A stretch of DNA of 64,000 nucleotides from Escherichia coli (GCF_030013205.1 NZ_CP122648.1), one strand, 5' to 3'. Positions 1-12,326 are shown, numbered from the stretch's first letter. A program made the numbers and translations. The notes: generated by a model from the sequence alone, not told the origin.

Positions 1-532
1 GGAAGGTGACGGTAACTGCCGCCGCCGCCTGGCAACCTGGCTGCTGGACGGGAGTCAGCCGCCAACTCTATTACTGCCGGAGCAGGAAGGCATTAATGGC
101 ATTCGTTTCCCCATCTGGCTGGATGAAAACGGCAAACGTGTTGCCGCTGATTGCCCTCAGGCGCGACAAGAAATGATAAATGTCTGGCCGCTACCGCTGG
201 AACCCTGGTTGCCCGCATCAGAACGCCGCGCTGTGCGCTTACCACCGGCCTCGACAATTTGCCCGCCATACGGTCACGATGCACAACTCCCACTGCAGCT
301 GACAGGTGTTTGCGATGGCGCGATTATTAAACGTTTACCGGGCGCAGCGGAAGCGACTTTGCCGTTGCAATCAAGTGGAGGGGCAGGCGAACGCTGGTGG
401 TTTCTGAATGGCGAACCGTTAACTGAACGCGGGCGCAACGTGACCCTGCATTTGATGGATAAAGGCGATTATCAATTGCTGGTGATGGATGAGGTGGGGC
501 AAATCGCGACAGTGAAATTTGTCATGCAATAG
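1..532 (+). CDS. pbpC: 3' end of penicillin-binding protein 1C gene (partial; start lies upstream of window)
   Basis: ORF frame is open back to the window edge and ends at 530-532; position immediately upstream of ndk matches the E. coli pbpC-ndk arrangement. Identity rests on synteny, not motif. Confidence 0.5.
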   Translation, partial: EGDGNCRRRLATWLLDGSQPPTLLLPEQEGINGIRFPIWLDENGKRVAADCPQARQEMINVWPLPLEPWLPASERRAVRLPPASTICPPYGHDAQLPLQLTGVCDGAIIKRLPGAAEATLPLQSSGGAGERWWFLNGEPLTERGRNVTLHLMDKGDYQLLVMDEVGQIATVKFVMQ

Positions 533-680
533 TCTGTTTTGTCCCTGATTGTTGCTTAAACTAGGTTTATTTTAAAAAAATGTTACCTTCATCAATAGTC
601 AACGGCCCTGTTGCTCATTATAATCCGCGCCATCTCGTACGCTGGTACAGACAACAACAGAACAATTTACAGAGGTAAAA

Positions 681-1112
681 ATGGCTATTGAACGTACTTT
701 TTCCATCATCAAACCGAACGCGGTAGCAAAAAACGTCATAGGTAATATCTTTGCGCGCTTTGAAGCTGCAGGGTTCAAAATTGTCGGCACCAAAATGCTG
801 CACCTGACCGTTGAACAGGCTCGTGGCTTTTATGCTGAACACGATGGAAAACCGTTCTTTGATGGTCTGGTTGAATTCATGACTTCTGGCCCGATCGTTG
901 TTTCCGTGCTGGAAGGTGAAAATGCTGTTCAGCGTCATCGCGATCTGCTGGGCGCGACCAATCCGGCAAATGCACTGGCCGGTACTCTGCGTGCTGATTA
1001 CGCCGACAGCCTGACCGAAAATGGTACCCACGGTTCTGATTCCGTCGAATCTGCCGCTCGCGAAATCGCTTATTTCTTCGGCGAAGGCGAAGTGTGCCCG
1101 CGCACCCGTTAA
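681..1112 (+). CDS. ndk: nucleoside diphosphate kinase
   Basis: 143-aa ORF starting [15 protein letters not shown] with the NDK active-site region NGTHGSDS; length matches E. coli Ndk. Confidence 0.95.
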
Positions 1113-1175
1113 TAATTTCGTAAATGCCGCGTGCAAACGTGGCATCCGTGCGCCAGAATTTGTACAATGCAGCGC

Positions 1176-1214
1176 CCCCGGACGAGCAGCCGCTCACCGG
1201 GGCGTTTCTTTTTT
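1176..1214 (+). terminator. putative rho-independent terminator after ndk
   Basis: GC-rich inverted repeat (ccccgg...ccgggg) followed by a T-run (cgtttcttttttc). Confidence 0.45.
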
Positions 1215-1261
1215 CAACCCTCCAGGGGCCATAACGTGTAATAACGAGGCCGGAATAGCAT

Positions 1262-2416
1262 ATGTCTGAACAATTAGTCACACCTGAAAACGTCACCACG
1301 AAAGATGGAAAAATCAACCTGCTGGATCTCAACCGTCAGCAGATGCGGGAGTTTTTTAAAGATTTAGGTGAAAAACCCTTCCGCGCCGATCAGGTGATGA
1401 AGTGGATGTATCACTATTGCTGCGACAACTTTGATGAGATGACCGACATCAACAAAGTGTTGCGCGGCAAACTGAAAGAGGTGGCGGAGATCCGCGCACC
1501 GGAAGTGGTTGAAGAACAGCGTTCATCTGACGGCACCATTAAATGGGCAATTGCCGTTGGCGATCAGCGCGTCGAAACGGTGTATATCCCGGAAGACGAC
1601 CGCGCAACGCTCTGCGTCTCTTCGCAGGTGGGGTGTGCGCTGGAGTGTAAATTCTGTTCCACTGCCCAGCAGGGCTTTAACCGCAACCTGCGGGTATCGG
1701 AAATTATCGGCCAGGTGTGGCGTGCAGCGAAAATCGTCGGCGCAGCAAAAGTCACCGGTCAGCGTCCAATCACTAACGTAGTGATGATGGGCATGGGCGA
1801 GCCGCTGCTCAACCTGAACAATGTCGTTCCGGCGATGGAAATCATGCTTGATGATTTCGGTTTTGGCCTGTCTAAACGTCGCGTGACGCTTTCCACTTCC
1901 GGTGTAGTTCCGGCGCTGGATAAACTGGGCGATATGATCGACGTTGCACTGGCAATTTCCCTGCACGCGCCGAACGACGAAATTCGTGACGAAATTGTGC
2001 CGATCAACAAAAAGTACAATATCGAAACGTTCCTTGCTGCGGTGCGCCGTTATCTGGAGAAATCCAACGCCAATCAGGGCCGAGTCACTATTGAATACGT
2101 GATGCTTGACCACGTTAACGACGGCACTGAACACGCGCACCAACTGGCGGAGCTACTGAAAGATACGCCGTGTAAGATCAACCTGATCCCGTGGAACCCG
2201 TTCCCGGGCGCGCCGTATGGACGCAGTTCGAACAGCCGTATCGACCGTTTCTCAAAAGTGCTGATGAGCTACGGTTTCACCACTATTGTGCGTAAAACTC
2301 GTGGTGATGATATCGATGCTGCCTGTGGACAGTTGGCGGGCGATGTTATCGACCGTACGAAACGTACTCTGCGTAAACGGATGCAGGGTGAAGCCATCGA
2401 CATTAAAGCGGTCTGA
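1262..2416 (+). CDS. rlmN: 23S rRNA/tRNA m2A methyltransferase, radical SAM (RlmN)
   Basis: 384-aa ORF with radical-SAM cysteine motif CALECKFC; conserved position between ndk and rodZ. Confidence 0.92.
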
Positions 2417-2420
2417 TAGC

Positions 2421-2464
2421 CATTACGCCACGGTTACTTTATGTACCGTGGCGTAATCTTTTAT
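2421..2464 (+). terminator. rho-independent terminator after rlmN
   Basis: Perfect stem ttacgccacgg / ccgtggcgtaa followed by tcttttat. Confidence 0.55.
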
Positions 2465-2700
2465 GAATGAAGTATTAAGTTGCAATTGTCTGGTCAATAT
2501 TAACGGTGCGTTTTTGCTGACTTTAAGGCAGTATGTAACGATGCAACAGTAAGTTAGCCTTAGTGAATGTGGGCTTTGTCACGAGCACACAGACGGTCTT
2601 ATACTGTATGATAACGGTTAACTTAACGGATGTTTCGCGGTGTGGGTGAGCATGATGGTTCACCGGCATCTCAATTCTCATTTAAACGTACCTGCAGCGA

Positions 2701-3714
2701 ATGAATACTGAAGCCACGCACGACCAAAATGAAGCACTTACTACCGGCGCTCGCCTGCGTAATGCTCGCGAACAACTAGGACTTAGTCAGCAGGCCGTTG
2801 CCGAGCGACTTTGCCTGAAGGTTTCCACGGTACGCGACATTGAAGAAGATAAGGCACCCGCCGATCTTGCTTCAACATTCCTGCGCGGATATATCCGCTC
2901 TTATGCGCGTCTGGTACATATTCCAGAAGAAGAACTGCTGCCAGGGCTGGAAAAGCAGGCTCCACTACGGGCTGCAAAAGTTGCGCCGATGCAGAGTTTT
3001 TCCCTCGGTAAACGCCGCAAAAAACGCGACGGCTGGCTGATGACCTTCACCTGGCTGGTGTTGTTTGTGGTTATCGGCCTGAGCGGTGCCTGGTGGTGGC
3101 AAGACCACAAAGCTCAGCAGGAAGAGATCACCACTATGGCCGATCAATCTTCGGCGGAACTGAGCAGTAATAGCGAGCAGGGGCAGAGTGTTCCGTTAAA
3201 TACGTCGACAACTACAGACCCGGCTACAACGTCCACGCCGCCAGCGTCTGTGGATACTACCGCAACCAACACGCAAACACCTGCCGTAACTGCGCCAGCA
3301 CCAGCTGTTGATCCGCAACAGAATGCGGTTGTTTCGCCTTCGCAGGCAAATGTTGATACCGCCGCGACCCCGGCACCAACGGCAACAACAACGCCAGATG
3401 GTGCTGCGCCGTTGCCAACCGATCAGGCTGGCGTGACCACGCCGGCGGCTGATCCGAATGCGCTGGTGATGAACTTTACTGCCGATTGCTGGCTGGAGGT
3501 CACTGATGCTACCGGTAAAAAACTGTTTAGCGGGATGCAGCGTAAAGACGGTAATTTGAATTTAACCGGCCAGGCACCGTATAAACTGAAAATTGGTGCG
3601 CCAGCCGCAGTACAGATCCAGTATCAAGGGAAACCTGTCGATCTGAGTCGTTTTATCAGAACTAACCAGGTTGCGCGTCTGACCCTCAATGCCGAACAAT
3701 CACCGGCGCAGTAA
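2701..3714 (+). CDS. rodZ: cytoskeleton protein RodZ (HTH, single TM, Thr/Pro-rich linker)
   Basis: 337-aa ORF with N-terminal XRE-type HTH ([12 protein letters not shown]), TM segment ([16 protein letters not shown]) and low-complexity T/P/A linker; synteny with ispG. Confidence 0.9.
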   Translation: MNTEATHDQNEALTTGARLRNAREQLGLSQQAVAERLCLKVSTVRDIEEDKAPADLASTFLRGYIRSYARLVHIPEEELLPGLEKQAPLRAAKVAPMQSFSLGKRRKKRDGWLMTFTWLVLFVVIGLSGAWWWQDHKAQQEEITTMADQSSAELSSNSEQGQSVPLNTSTTTDPATTSTPPASVDTTATNTQTPAVTAPAPAVDPQQNAVVSPSQANVDTAATPAPTATTTPDGAAPLPTDQAGVTTPAADPNALVMNFTADCWLEVTDATGKKLFSGMQRKDGNLNLTGQAPYKLKIGAPAAVQIQYQGKPVDLSRFIRTNQVARLTLNAEQSPAQ

Positions 3715-3740
3715 CAGACGGGTAACGCGGGAGATTTTTC

Positions 3741-4859
3741 ATGCATAACCAGGCTCCAATTCAACGTAGAAAATCAACACGTATTTACGTTGGGAATGTG
3801 CCGATTGGCGATGGTGCTCCCATCGCCGTACAGTCCATGACCAATACGCGTACGACAGACGTCGAAGCAACGGTCAATCAAATCAAGGCGTTGGAACGTG
3901 TTGGCGCTGATATCGTCCGTGTCTCAGTACCGACGATGGACGCGGCAGAAGCGTTCAAACTCATCAAACAGCAGGTTAACGTGCCGCTGGTGGCTGACAT
4001 CCACTTCGACTATCGCATTGCGCTGAAAGTAGCGGAATACGGCGTCGATTGTCTGCGTATTAACCCTGGCAATATCGGTAATGAAGAGCGTATTCGCATG
4101 GTGGTTGACTGTGCGCGCGATAAAAACATTCCGATCCGTATTGGCGTTAACGCCGGATCGCTGGAAAAAGATCTGCAAGAAAAGTATGGCGAACCGACGC
4201 CGCAGGCGTTGCTGGAATCCGCCATGCGTCATGTTGATCATCTCGATCGCTTGAACTTCGAACAGTTCAAAGTCAGCGTGAAAGCGTCAGACGTCTTCCT
4301 CGCTGTTGAGTCTTATCGTTTGCTGGCAAAACAGATCGATCAGCCGCTGCATCTGGGGATCACCGAAGCGGGTGGTGCGCGCAGCGGGGCGGTTAAATCC
4401 GCCATTGGTTTAGGTCTGCTGCTGTCTGAAGGCATTGGCGACACGCTGCGCGTATCGCTGGCGGCCGATCCGGTTGAAGAGATCAAAGTCGGTTTCGATA
4501 TTTTGAAATCGCTGCGTATCCGTTCGCGCGGGATCAACTTCATCGCCTGTCCAACCTGTTCGCGTCAGGAGTTTGATGTTATCGGTACGGTTAACGCGCT
4601 GGAGCAACGCCTGGAAGATATCATCACTCCGATGGACGTTTCGATTATCGGCTGTGTGGTGAATGGCCCAGGTGAGGCGCTGGTTTCTACACTCGGCGTC
4701 ACCGGCGGTAACAAGAAAAGCGGCCTCTATGAAGATGGCGTGCGCAAAGACCGTCTGGACAACAACGATATGATCGACCAGCTGGAAGCGCGCATTCGTG
4801 CGAAAGCCAGTCAGCTGGACGAAGCGCGTCGAATTGACGTTCAGCAGGTTGAAAAATAA
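3741..4859 (+). CDS. ispG: 4-hydroxy-3-methylbut-2-enyl diphosphate synthase (IspG/GcpE)
   Basis: 372-aa ORF starting [18 protein letters not shown]; Fe-S cysteines CPTCSR and GCVVNGPGE near the C-terminus. Confidence 0.95.
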   Translation: MHNQAPIQRRKSTRIYVGNVPIGDGAPIAVQSMTNTRTTDVEATVNQIKALERVGADIVRVSVPTMDAAEAFKLIKQQVNVPLVADIHFDYRIALKVAEYGVDCLRINPGNIGNEERIRMVVDCARDKNIPIRIGVNAGSLEKDLQEKYGEPTPQALLESAMRHVDHLDRLNFEQFKVSVKASDVFLAVESYRLLAKQIDQPLHLGITEAGGARSGAVKSAIGLGLLLSEGIGDTLRVSLAADPVEEIKVGFDILKSLRIRSRGINFIACPTCSRQEFDVIGTVNALEQRLEDIITPMDVSIIGCVVNGPGEALVSTLGVTGGNKKSGLYEDGVRKDRLDNNDMIDQLEARIRAKASQLDEARRIDVQQVEK

Positions 4860-4955
4860 TAACGTGATGGGAAGCGCCTCGCTTCCCGTGTATGATTGAA
4901 CCCGCATGGCTCCCGAAACATTGAGGGAAGCGTTGAGGGTTCATTTTTATATTCA
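4860..4955 (+). ncRNA. sroE: possible SroE-like small RNA in the ispG-hisS intergenic region
   Basis: Recalled only: an sRNA is reported 3' of ispG in E. coli; the spacer shows a stem (gggaagcgcctcgcttccc). No independent sequence proof. Confidence 0.3.
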
Positions 4956-4969
4956 GAAAGAGAATAAAC

Positions 4970-6244
4970 GTGGCAAAAAACATTCAAGCCATTCGCGGCA
5001 TGAACGATTACCTGCCTGGCGAAACGGCCATCTGGCAGCGCATTGAAGGCACACTGAAAAACGTGCTCGGCAGCTACGGTTACAGTGAAATCCGCTTGCC
5101 GATTGTAGAGCAGACCCCGCTATTCAAACGTGCGATTGGTGAAGTCACCGACGTGGTTGAAAAAGAGATGTACACCTTTGAGGATCGCAATGGCGACAGC
5201 CTGACTCTGCGCCCTGAAGGGACGGCGGGCTGTGTACGCGCCGGCATCGAGCATGGTCTTCTGTACAATCAGGAACAGCGTCTGTGGTATATCGGGCCGA
5301 TGTTCCGTCACGAGCGTCCGCAGAAAGGGCGTTATCGTCAGTTCCATCAGTTGGGCTGCGAAGTTTTCGGTCTGCAAGGTCCGGATATCGACGCTGAATT
5401 GATTATGCTCACCGCCCGCTGGTGGCGCGCGCTGGGTATCTCCGAGCACGTAACTCTTGAGCTGAACTCTATCGGTTCGCTGGAAGCACGCGCCAATTAC
5501 CGCGATGCGCTGGTGGTATTCCTTGAGCAGCATAAAGAAAAGCTGGACGAAGACTGCAAACGCCGCATGTACACTAACCCGCTGCGCGTGCTGGATTCAA
5601 AAAATCCGGAAGTGCAGGCGCTTCTCAACGATGCTCCGGCATTAGGCGATTATCTGGACGAGGAATCTCGTGAGCATTTTGCCGGTCTGTGCAAACTGCT
5701 TGAGAGCGCGGGGATCGCTTACACCGTAAACCAGCGTCTGGTGCGTGGTCTGGATTACTATAACCGTACCGTTTTCGAGTGGGTGACTAACAGCCTCGGC
5801 TCTCAGGGCACCGTGTGTGCAGGCGGTCGTTATGACGGTCTGGTGGAACAACTGGGCGGTCGTGCAACACCGGCTGTCGGTTTTGCGATGGGCCTCGAAC
5901 GTCTTGTATTGTTAGTTCAGGCCGTTAATCCGGAATTTAAGGCCGATCCTGTTGTCGATATATACCTGGTGGCTTCAGGTGCTGATACACAATCTGCGGC
6001 TATGGCATTAGCTGAGCGTCTGCGTGATGAATTACCGGGCGTGAAATTGATGACCAACCACGGCGGCGGCAACTTTAAGAAACAGTTTGCCCGTGCTGAT
6101 AAATGGGGTGCCCGCGTTGCTGTGGTGCTGGGTGAGTCTGAAGTGGCTAACGGCACAGCAGTAGTGAAGGATTTGCGCTCTGGTGAGCAAACGGCAGTTG
6201 CGCAGGATAGCGTAGCCGCGCATTTGCGCACGTTAATGGGTTAA
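4970..6244 (+). CDS. hisS: histidine--tRNA ligase
   Basis: 424-aa ORF (GTG start) with class-II aaRS motifs ([23 protein letters not shown]). Confidence 0.95.
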   Translation: MAKNIQAIRGMNDYLPGETAIWQRIEGTLKNVLGSYGYSEIRLPIVEQTPLFKRAIGEVTDVVEKEMYTFEDRNGDSLTLRPEGTAGCVRAGIEHGLLYNQEQRLWYIGPMFRHERPQKGRYRQFHQLGCEVFGLQGPDIDAELIMLTARWWRALGISEHVTLELNSIGSLEARANYRDALVVFLEQHKEKLDEDCKRRMYTNPLRVLDSKNPEVQALLNDAPALGDYLDEESREHFAGLCKLLESAGIAYTVNQRLVRGLDYYNRTVFEWVTNSLGSQGTVCAGGRYDGLVEQLGGRATPAVGFAMGLERLVLLVQAVNPEFKADPVVDIYLVASGADTQSAAMALAERLRDELPGVKLMTNHGGGNFKKQFARADKWGARVAVVLGESEVANGTAVVKDLRSGEQTAVAQDSVAAHLRTLMG

Positions 6245-6261
6245 GGAAGGAGAAGGACAGC

Positions 6262-6882
6262 GTGGAAATTTACGAGAACGAAAACGACCAGGTGGAAGCG
6301 GTTAAACGCTTTTTTGCTGAAAATGGCAAAGCACTGGCTGTTGGGGTGATTTTGGGCGTTGGCGCACTAATTGGCTGGCGCTACTGGAACAGCCATCAGG
6401 TTGATTCTGCACGCTCCGCTTCTCTTGCCTATCAAAATGCGGTTACCGCAGTGAGCGAAGGCAAACCGGATAGCATCCCGGCGGCGGAAAAATTTGCTGC
6501 TGAAAATAAAAATACTTATGGTGCGCTGGCTTCTTTGGAACTTGCGCAGCAATTTGTTGACAAAAATGAACTAGAGAAAGCTGCCGCCCAGTTACAACAG
6601 GGGCTGGCAGACACGAGCGATGAAAATCTCAAAGCCGTGATAAATCTGCGTCTTGCTCGCGTTCAGGTTCAGCTCAAGCAGGCTGATGCCGCGCTGAAAA
6701 CCCTTGATACCATCAAAGGTGAAGGGTGGGCTGCCATTGTTGCCGACCTGCGTGGTGAAGCATTGCTGAGCAAAGGTGATAAGCAAGGTGCGCGTAGTGC
6801 ATGGGAAGCAGGCGTGAAAAGCGATGTTACCCCGGCACTGAGCGAAATGATGCAGATGAAAATTAATAATTTGTCCATCTGA
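6262..6882 (+). CDS. yfgM: membrane-anchored TPR-like protein YfgM
   Basis: 206-aa ORF with one N-terminal TM segment; conserved position between hisS and bamB. Confidence 0.85.
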   Translation: MEIYENENDQVEAVKRFFAENGKALAVGVILGVGALIGWRYWNSHQVDSARSASLAYQNAVTAVSEGKPDSIPAAEKFAAENKNTYGALASLELAQQFVDKNELEKAAAQLQQGLADTSDENLKAVINLRLARVQVQLKQADAALKTLDTIKGEGWAAIVADLRGEALLSKGDKQGARSAWEAGVKSDVTPALSEMMQMKINNLSI

Positions 6883-6892
6883 GAGGGACCCG

Positions 6893-8071
6893 ATGCAATT
6901 GCGTAAATTACTGCTGCCAGGACTGCTTTCCGTTACCCTTTTAAGCGGCTGTTCGCTGTTTAACAGCGAAGAAGATGTGGTAAAGATGTCCCCATTGCCA
7001 ACCGTTGAAAACCAGTTTACGCCGACCACGGCGTGGAGTACTTCCGTTGGTAGCGGCATTGGCAACTTCTATTCCAATCTTCATCCGGCACTGGCGGACA
7101 ACGTTGTCTATGCAGCGGACCGCGCTGGTTTAGTAAAAGCGCTGAATGCGGATGATGGCAAAGAAATCTGGTCTGTCAGCCTGGCCGAGAAAGATGGCTG
7201 GTTCTCTAAAGAGCCTGCATTACTTTCTGGCGGTGTGACCGTGTCTGGTGGGCATGTCTACATTGGCAGCGAAAAGGCGCAGGTTTACGCGCTGAATACC
7301 AGCGATGGTACTGTGGCATGGCAAACTAAAGTCGCGGGTGAAGCACTTTCGCGTCCGGTGGTCAGCGACGGTCTGGTGTTAATCCACACCAGTAACGGTC
7401 AGTTACAAGCGCTGAACGAAGCTGACGGCGCTGTCAAATGGACAGTTAACCTCGATATGCCTTCGCTCTCTTTGCGTGGCGAGTCTGCGCCGGCAACGGC
7501 TTTTGGTGCGGCCGTCGTGGGTGGCGATAATGGTCGCGTCAGCGCAGTGCTGATGGAACAGGGCCAGATGATTTGGCAGCAGCGTATTTCCCAGGCGACC
7601 GGTTCAACCGAAATTGACCGTCTGAGCGATGTTGACACGACTCCCGTCGTTGTTAACGGCGTTGTTTTCGCGCTGGCCTATAATGGTAACCTGACGGCGC
7701 TTGATCTGCGCAGCGGTCAGATTATGTGGAAACGCGAACTGGGTTCGGTGAATGATTTCATCGTCGACGGCAACCGCATCTATCTGGTCGATCAAAATGA
7801 CCGGGTGATGGCGTTGACCATTGATGGCGGCGTTACGCTGTGGACACAAAGCGATCTGCTGCATCGCCTGCTGACTTCTCCGGTGCTGTATAATGGCAAC
7901 CTGGTGGTAGGTGACAGCGAAGGTTATCTGCACTGGATTAACGTCGAAGATGGTCGTTTCGTTGCCCAGCAAAAAGTTGATAGTTCCGGTTTCCAGACTG
8001 AACCGGTTGCCGCTGACGGCAAACTGCTGATCCAGGCAAAAGACGGAACTGTGTACTCTATTACACGTTAA
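6893..8071 (+). CDS. bamB: outer membrane protein assembly factor BamB (lipoprotein, PQQ-like beta-propeller)
   Basis: 392-aa ORF with lipobox LLSGC and repeated propeller blades. Confidence 0.9.
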   Translation: MQLRKLLLPGLLSVTLLSGCSLFNSEEDVVKMSPLPTVENQFTPTTAWSTSVGSGIGNFYSNLHPALADNVVYAADRAGLVKALNADDGKEIWSVSLAEKDGWFSKEPALLSGGVTVSGGHVYIGSEKAQVYALNTSDGTVAWQTKVAGEALSRPVVSDGLVLIHTSNGQLQALNEADGAVKWTVNLDMPSLSLRGESAPATAFGAAVVGGDNGRVSAVLMEQGQMIWQQRISQATGSTEIDRLSDVDTTPVVVNGVVFALAYNGNLTALDLRSGQIMWKRELGSVNDFIVDGNRIYLVDQNDRVMALTIDGGVTLWTQSDLLHRLLTSPVLYNGNLVVGDSEGYLHWINVEDGRFVAQQKVDSSGFQTEPVAADGKLLIQAKDGTVYSITR

Positions 8072-8188
8072 TCGTCTCTGTCGTTCACTTTGAAAACGGC
8101 TCCTGGACAGGGGCCGTTTTCCTGTTTTTAACAACGACACGAATATAGCGTGCGTTGTCTGATGATTTATAAAAATGAGGCTTTAAAC

Positions 8189-9661
8189 ATGGTACCTGTG
8201 GTCGCGCTTGTCGGGCGCCCTAACGTAGGAAAATCCACGTTATTTAACCGTCTAACTCGCACCCGAGATGCGCTGGTTGCGGATTTCCCGGGTCTGACTC
8301 GTGACCGTAAGTACGGTCGTGCAGAAATTGAAGGCCGTGAGTTTATCTGCATTGATACCGGCGGGATTGATGGCACAGAAGACGGTGTAGAAACTCGCAT
8401 GGCGGAACAGTCGCTGCTGGCGATTGAAGAAGCGGACGTCGTACTGTTTATGGTGGATGCGCGCGCGGGCCTGATGCCGGCGGATGAAGCGATTGCTAAA
8501 CATCTGCGCTCCCGTGAAAAACCGACCTTCCTGGTGGCAAACAAAACTGACGGTCTGGATCCCGATCAGGCAGTGGTTGATTTCTACTCGCTTGGTTTAG
8601 GGGAAATCTACCCGATCGCCGCGTCTCACGGTCGTGGCGTATTAAGTCTGCTGGAGCACGTGCTGCTGCCGTGGATGGAAGATCTCGCACCGCAAGAAGA
8701 AGTCGACGAAGACGCTGAATACTGGGCGCAATTTGAAGCAGAAGAAAACGGCGAAGAAGAAGAGGAAGATGACTTCGACCCGCAAAGTCTGCCGATCAAA
8801 CTGGCGATTGTGGGTCGTCCGAACGTAGGTAAGTCTACACTCACTAACCGTATTCTTGGTGAAGAGCGCGTTGTTGTTTACGACATGCCTGGCACGACGC
8901 GTGACAGCATCTACATTCCAATGGAGCGCGATGGACGTGAGTATGTACTCATTGACACCGCAGGCGTACGTAAACGCGGCAAAATCACCGATGCTGTAGA
9001 GAAATTCTCGGTAATCAAAACGTTGCAGGCCATTGAAGATGCCAACGTGGTGATGTTGGTGATTGATGCGCGCGAAGGTATTTCCGATCAGGATCTCTCC
9101 CTGCTGGGCTTTATTCTCAATAGTGGGCGCTCACTTGTCATTGTGGTGAATAAGTGGGATGGCCTGAGCCAGGAAGTGAAAGAGCAGGTGAAAGAAACGC
9201 TGGACTTCCGTCTGGGCTTTATCGATTTTGCTCGTGTGCATTTTATCTCAGCCTTGCACGGCAGTGGTGTTGGTAATCTGTTTGAATCAGTACGTGAAGC
9301 GTATGACAGCTCCACCCGTCGTGTGGGGACCTCTATGCTGACGCGCATCATGACGATGGCTGTTGAAGATCACCAACCGCCGTTGGTACGCGGTCGTCGT
9401 GTGAAGCTGAAATATGCCCACGCTGGTGGTTATAACCCGCCGATTGTGGTGATTCACGGTAACCAGGTGAAAGACCTGCCTGATTCCTACAAGCGTTACT
9501 TGATGAACTACTTCCGCAAATCGCTGGACGTAATGGGATCGCCGATTCGTATTCAGTTCAAAGAAGGGGAAAACCCGTATGCGAACAAGCGTAATACCCT
9601 GACGCCAACCCAGATGCGCAAGCGTAAGCGCCTGATGAAGCATATCAAGAAAAGTAAGTAA
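8189..9661 (+). CDS. der: ribosome-associated GTPase Der/EngA (two GTPase domains + KH-like domain)
   Basis: Two P-loops ([14 protein letters not shown] and [14 protein letters not shown]); start placed at [17 protein letters not shown] (8189) rather than the upstream ATG at 8150. Confidence 0.92.
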   Translation: MVPVVALVGRPNVGKSTLFNRLTRTRDALVADFPGLTRDRKYGRAEIEGREFICIDTGGIDGTEDGVETRMAEQSLLAIEEADVVLFMVDARAGLMPADEAIAKHLRSREKPTFLVANKTDGLDPDQAVVDFYSLGLGEIYPIAASHGRGVLSLLEHVLLPWMEDLAPQEEVDEDAEYWAQFEAEENGEEEEEDDFDPQSLPIKLAIVGRPNVGKSTLTNRILGEERVVVYDMPGTTRDSIYIPMERDGREYVLIDTAGVRKRGKITDAVEKFSVIKTLQAIEDANVVMLVIDAREGISDQDLSLLGFILNSGRSLVIVVNKWDGLSQEVKEQVKETLDFRLGFIDFARVHFISALHGSGVGNLFESVREAYDSSTRRVGTSMLTRIMTMAVEDHQPPLVRGRRVKLKYAHAGGYNPPIVVIHGNQVKDLPDSYKRYLMNYFRKSLDVMGSPIRIQFKEGENPYANKRNTLTPTQMRKRKRLMKHIKKSK

Positions 9662-9723
9662 TCACTTATCTGGTTTCCCTTTCCACACGGAAAGGGAAAC
9701 CGAATAACGCGCGAGGAGTATTT

Positions 9724-9939
9724 ATGGCACTCAACTGTCCAACCTGCAAAACCCCTCTCGAACGCAATGGCGAGACTGCCCACTGTGCAACTTGCGACAA
9801 AGACTTTACCGTCCAGGCACTTTGCCCTGAGTGTCATCAGCCGTTACAAGTGTTAAAAGCTTGTGGTGCTGTGGATTATTTCTGCCAACATGGGCACGGT
9901 TTAATATCTAAAAAACGCGTTGAATTTGTTATTGCTTAA
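9724..9939 (+). CDS. yfgJ: small zinc-ribbon protein YfgJ
   Basis: 71-aa ORF with CPTC...CATC and CPEC...CQHGH cysteine pairs, adjacent to der. Confidence 0.75.
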   Translation: MALNCPTCKTPLERNGETAHCATCDKDFTVQALCPECHQPLQVLKACGAVDYFCQHGHGLISKKRVEFVIA

Positions 9940-10148
9940 TATCATGTGAATATATTGTTTTATCATTTATATTTAATATGTGAATGGTAAAACAATCTGT
10001 TATTAGTGGAATAACTAATGTAATTGAGTGAAATCACTAATTTAAATAATTAAGAATATATTTATTCTTTATGACATGCCTTTCTGAATAATCAGGGATA
10101 CAATATTAAAGCTTATTTTTGACTGTATCATTGTTACAGGGAAAGTGC

Positions 10149-12326
10149 ATGCTGCGATGGAAACGCTGTATTATGCTAACATTTATCTCTGGTGCTGCTT
10201 TCGCGGCACCAGAGATAAATGTTAAGCAAAACGAATCGTTACCTGATTTAGGTAGCCAGGCAGCACAGCAGGATGAACAAACCAACAAGGGTAAATCGCT
10301 GAAAGAGCGCGGAGCCGATTACGTCATCAACTCCGCCACGCAAGGGTTTGAAAACTTGACCCCTGAGGCGCTGGAATCTCAGGCCAGAAGCTATCTGCAA
10401 AGTCAAATCACCTCAACCGCACAATCTTATATTGAAGACACACTCTCTCCCTACGGTAAGGTCCGTTCGAACCTCTCCATTGGCCAGGACGGCGATCTGG
10501 ATGGTAGTTCCATCGATTATTTTGTTCCCTGGTACGATAATCAAACCACTGTTTATTTCAGTCAATTTTCTGCGCAACGAAAAGAAGATCGTACAATCGG
10601 GAATATTGGTCTTGGGGTAAGACATAATTTTGATGAATGGTTATTGGGCGGAAATATATTTTATGATTATGATTTTACCCGAGGACATCGCCGTTTAGGT
10701 TTAGGCGGCGAAGCGTGGACTGATTATTTAAAATTCTCTGGCAACTATTATCATCCGCTTTCTGACTGGAAAGACTCTGAAGATTTCGACTTTTATGAAG
10801 AACGCCCTGCGCGCGGCTGGGATATTCGTGCCGAAGCCTGGTTACCTTCTTATCCGCAACTGGGGGGCAAAGTTGTCTTCGAGCAATATTACGGCGATGA
10901 AGTCGCCCTTTTTGGTACGGATAATTTGGAGAAAGATCCCTACGCGGTAACACTTGGACTGAATTATCAACCGGTGCCATTACTAACCGTTGGGGCGGAC
11001 TATAAAGCGGGGACCGGAGATAACAGCGATGTCAGCATTAATGCCACTCTTAATTATCAGTTCGGCGTTCCGCTAAAAGATCAATTGGATAGCGATAAAG
11101 TGAAAGCGGCTCACTCGTTGATGGGCAGTCGTCATGATTTTGTTGAGCGTAATAACTTTATTGTTCTGGAATACAAAGAAAAAGATCCGCTTGATGTCAC
11201 CCTGTGGTTAAAAGCGGATGCCACCAACGAGCACCCTGAGTGCGTCATTAAGGACACTCCCGAAGCGGCCGTCGGGCTGGAAAAATGTAAGTGGACCATT
11301 AACGCGCTTATCAACCACCACTACAAAATTGTCGCTGCGTTATGGCAGGCGAAAAACAATGCTGCCCGCACGTTGGTTATGCCGGTTATCAAAGAGAATA
11401 CCCTGACAGAGGGTAACAATAACCACTGGAACCTGGTGCTGCCCGCCTGGCAGTACAGCTCTGACAAAGCCGAACAAGAAAAACTCAATACCTGGCGAGT
11501 ACGTCTGGCACTGGAAGATGAAAAGGGCAACCGACAGAACTCTGGCGTGGTGGAAATCACCGTTCAGCAGGACCGTAAAATAGAGTTGATTGTTAATAAC
11601 ATCGCGAACGTGCCGGAAGAGAACAACCACAGCCACGAAGCCAGCGCTCAGGCAGATGGCGTTGATGGTGTGGTGATGGATCTCGATGTAACCGACAGCT
11701 TTGGCGATAACACCGACCGCAATGGCGATGCGCTGCCGGAAGATAACCTCACGCCGCAGCTTTACGACGCGCAGGACAAACGAGTGACGTTAACCAACAA
11801 GCCTTGCTCGACCGACAACCCCTGCGTTTTTATCGCTAAACAAGATAAAGAAAAGGGCACTGTCACCCTCTCCAGTACCTTACCCGGCACCTATCGCTGG
11901 AAAGCAAAAGCTGCGCCCTACGACGACAGTAACTATGTGGATGTCACTTTCCTCGGGGCAGAAATTGGTGGGCTAAATGCATTTATCTATCGTGTGGGGG
12001 CGGCTAAACCCAGCAACCTGATAGGTAAAGATAAAGAACCGCTGCCGCTCAACAACACTTATCGATTTGTTTTGTGGCGTGACAGCAATAAAGACGGTGT
12101 CTTCCAGCAGGTCGAAAAACTGACTGACGAAGAGATGGCGCAGTACGACTACAAGTGGGAATTTACCGGCAAGAGCATCAATGGTGAAGTGGGTGCACAG
12201 GCGAACACTTCCAATGAGGACATTGTGATTCCGGCCACTAACCGCGAAGCAGCGCAAACCTATGGCGCACAAGCGGGAGATGGCTTGCAGGGATACGGTT
12301 TACGCGTGCTGTATACCAAAAAATAA
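10149..12326 (+). CDS. sinH: intimin/invasin-family inverse autotransporter adhesin (SinH-like)
   Basis: Signal peptide MLRWKRCIMLTFISGAAFA; beta-barrel region with the typical alternating aromatic pattern of the intimin/invasin family; AT-rich upstream region; locus between yfgJ and xseA matches the Salmonella CS54/sinH position as recalled. Confidence 0.7.
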   Translation: MLRWKRCIMLTFISGAAFAAPEINVKQNESLPDLGSQAAQQDEQTNKGKSLKERGADYVINSATQGFENLTPEALESQARSYLQSQITSTAQSYIEDTLSPYGKVRSNLSIGQDGDLDGSSIDYFVPWYDNQTTVYFSQFSAQRKEDRTIGNIGLGVRHNFDEWLLGGNIFYDYDFTRGHRRLGLGGEAWTDYLKFSGNYYHPLSDWKDSEDFDFYEERPARGWDIRAEAWLPSYPQLGGKVVFEQYYGDEVALFGTDNLEKDPYAVTLGLNYQPVPLLTVGADYKAGTGDNSDVSINATLNYQFGVPLKDQLDSDKVKAAHSLMGSRHDFVERNNFIVLEYKEKDPLDVTLWLKADATNEHPECVIKDTPEAAVGLEKCKWTINALINHHYKIVAALWQAKNNAARTLVMPVIKENTLTEGNNNHWNLVLPAWQYSSDKAEQEKLNTWRVRLALEDEKGNRQNSGVVEITVQQDRKIELIVNNIANVPEENNHSHEASAQADGVDGVVMDLDVTDSFGDNTDRNGDALPEDNLTPQLYDAQDKRVTLTNKPCSTDNPCVFIAKQDKEKGTVTLSSTLPGTYRWKAKAAPYDDSNYVDVTFLGAEIGGLNAFIYRVGAAKPSNLIGKDKEPLPLNNTYRFVLWRDSNKDGVFQQVEKLTDEEMAQYDYKWEFTGKSINGEVGAQANTSNEDIVIPATNREAAQTYGAQAGDGLQGYGLRVLYTKK

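Noticed and set aside
8150-8188. Upstream start for der giving a 503-aa product
   Set aside because: The conserved Der N-terminus begins [17 protein letters not shown] at 8189; the extension adds non-conserved residues.
9662-9723. Hairpin tttccctttcc-acac-ggaaagggaaa between der and yfgJ as a terminator
   Set aside because: No T-run follows and yfgJ starts ~20 bp downstream; could be a regulatory stem, but not a confident intrinsic terminator.
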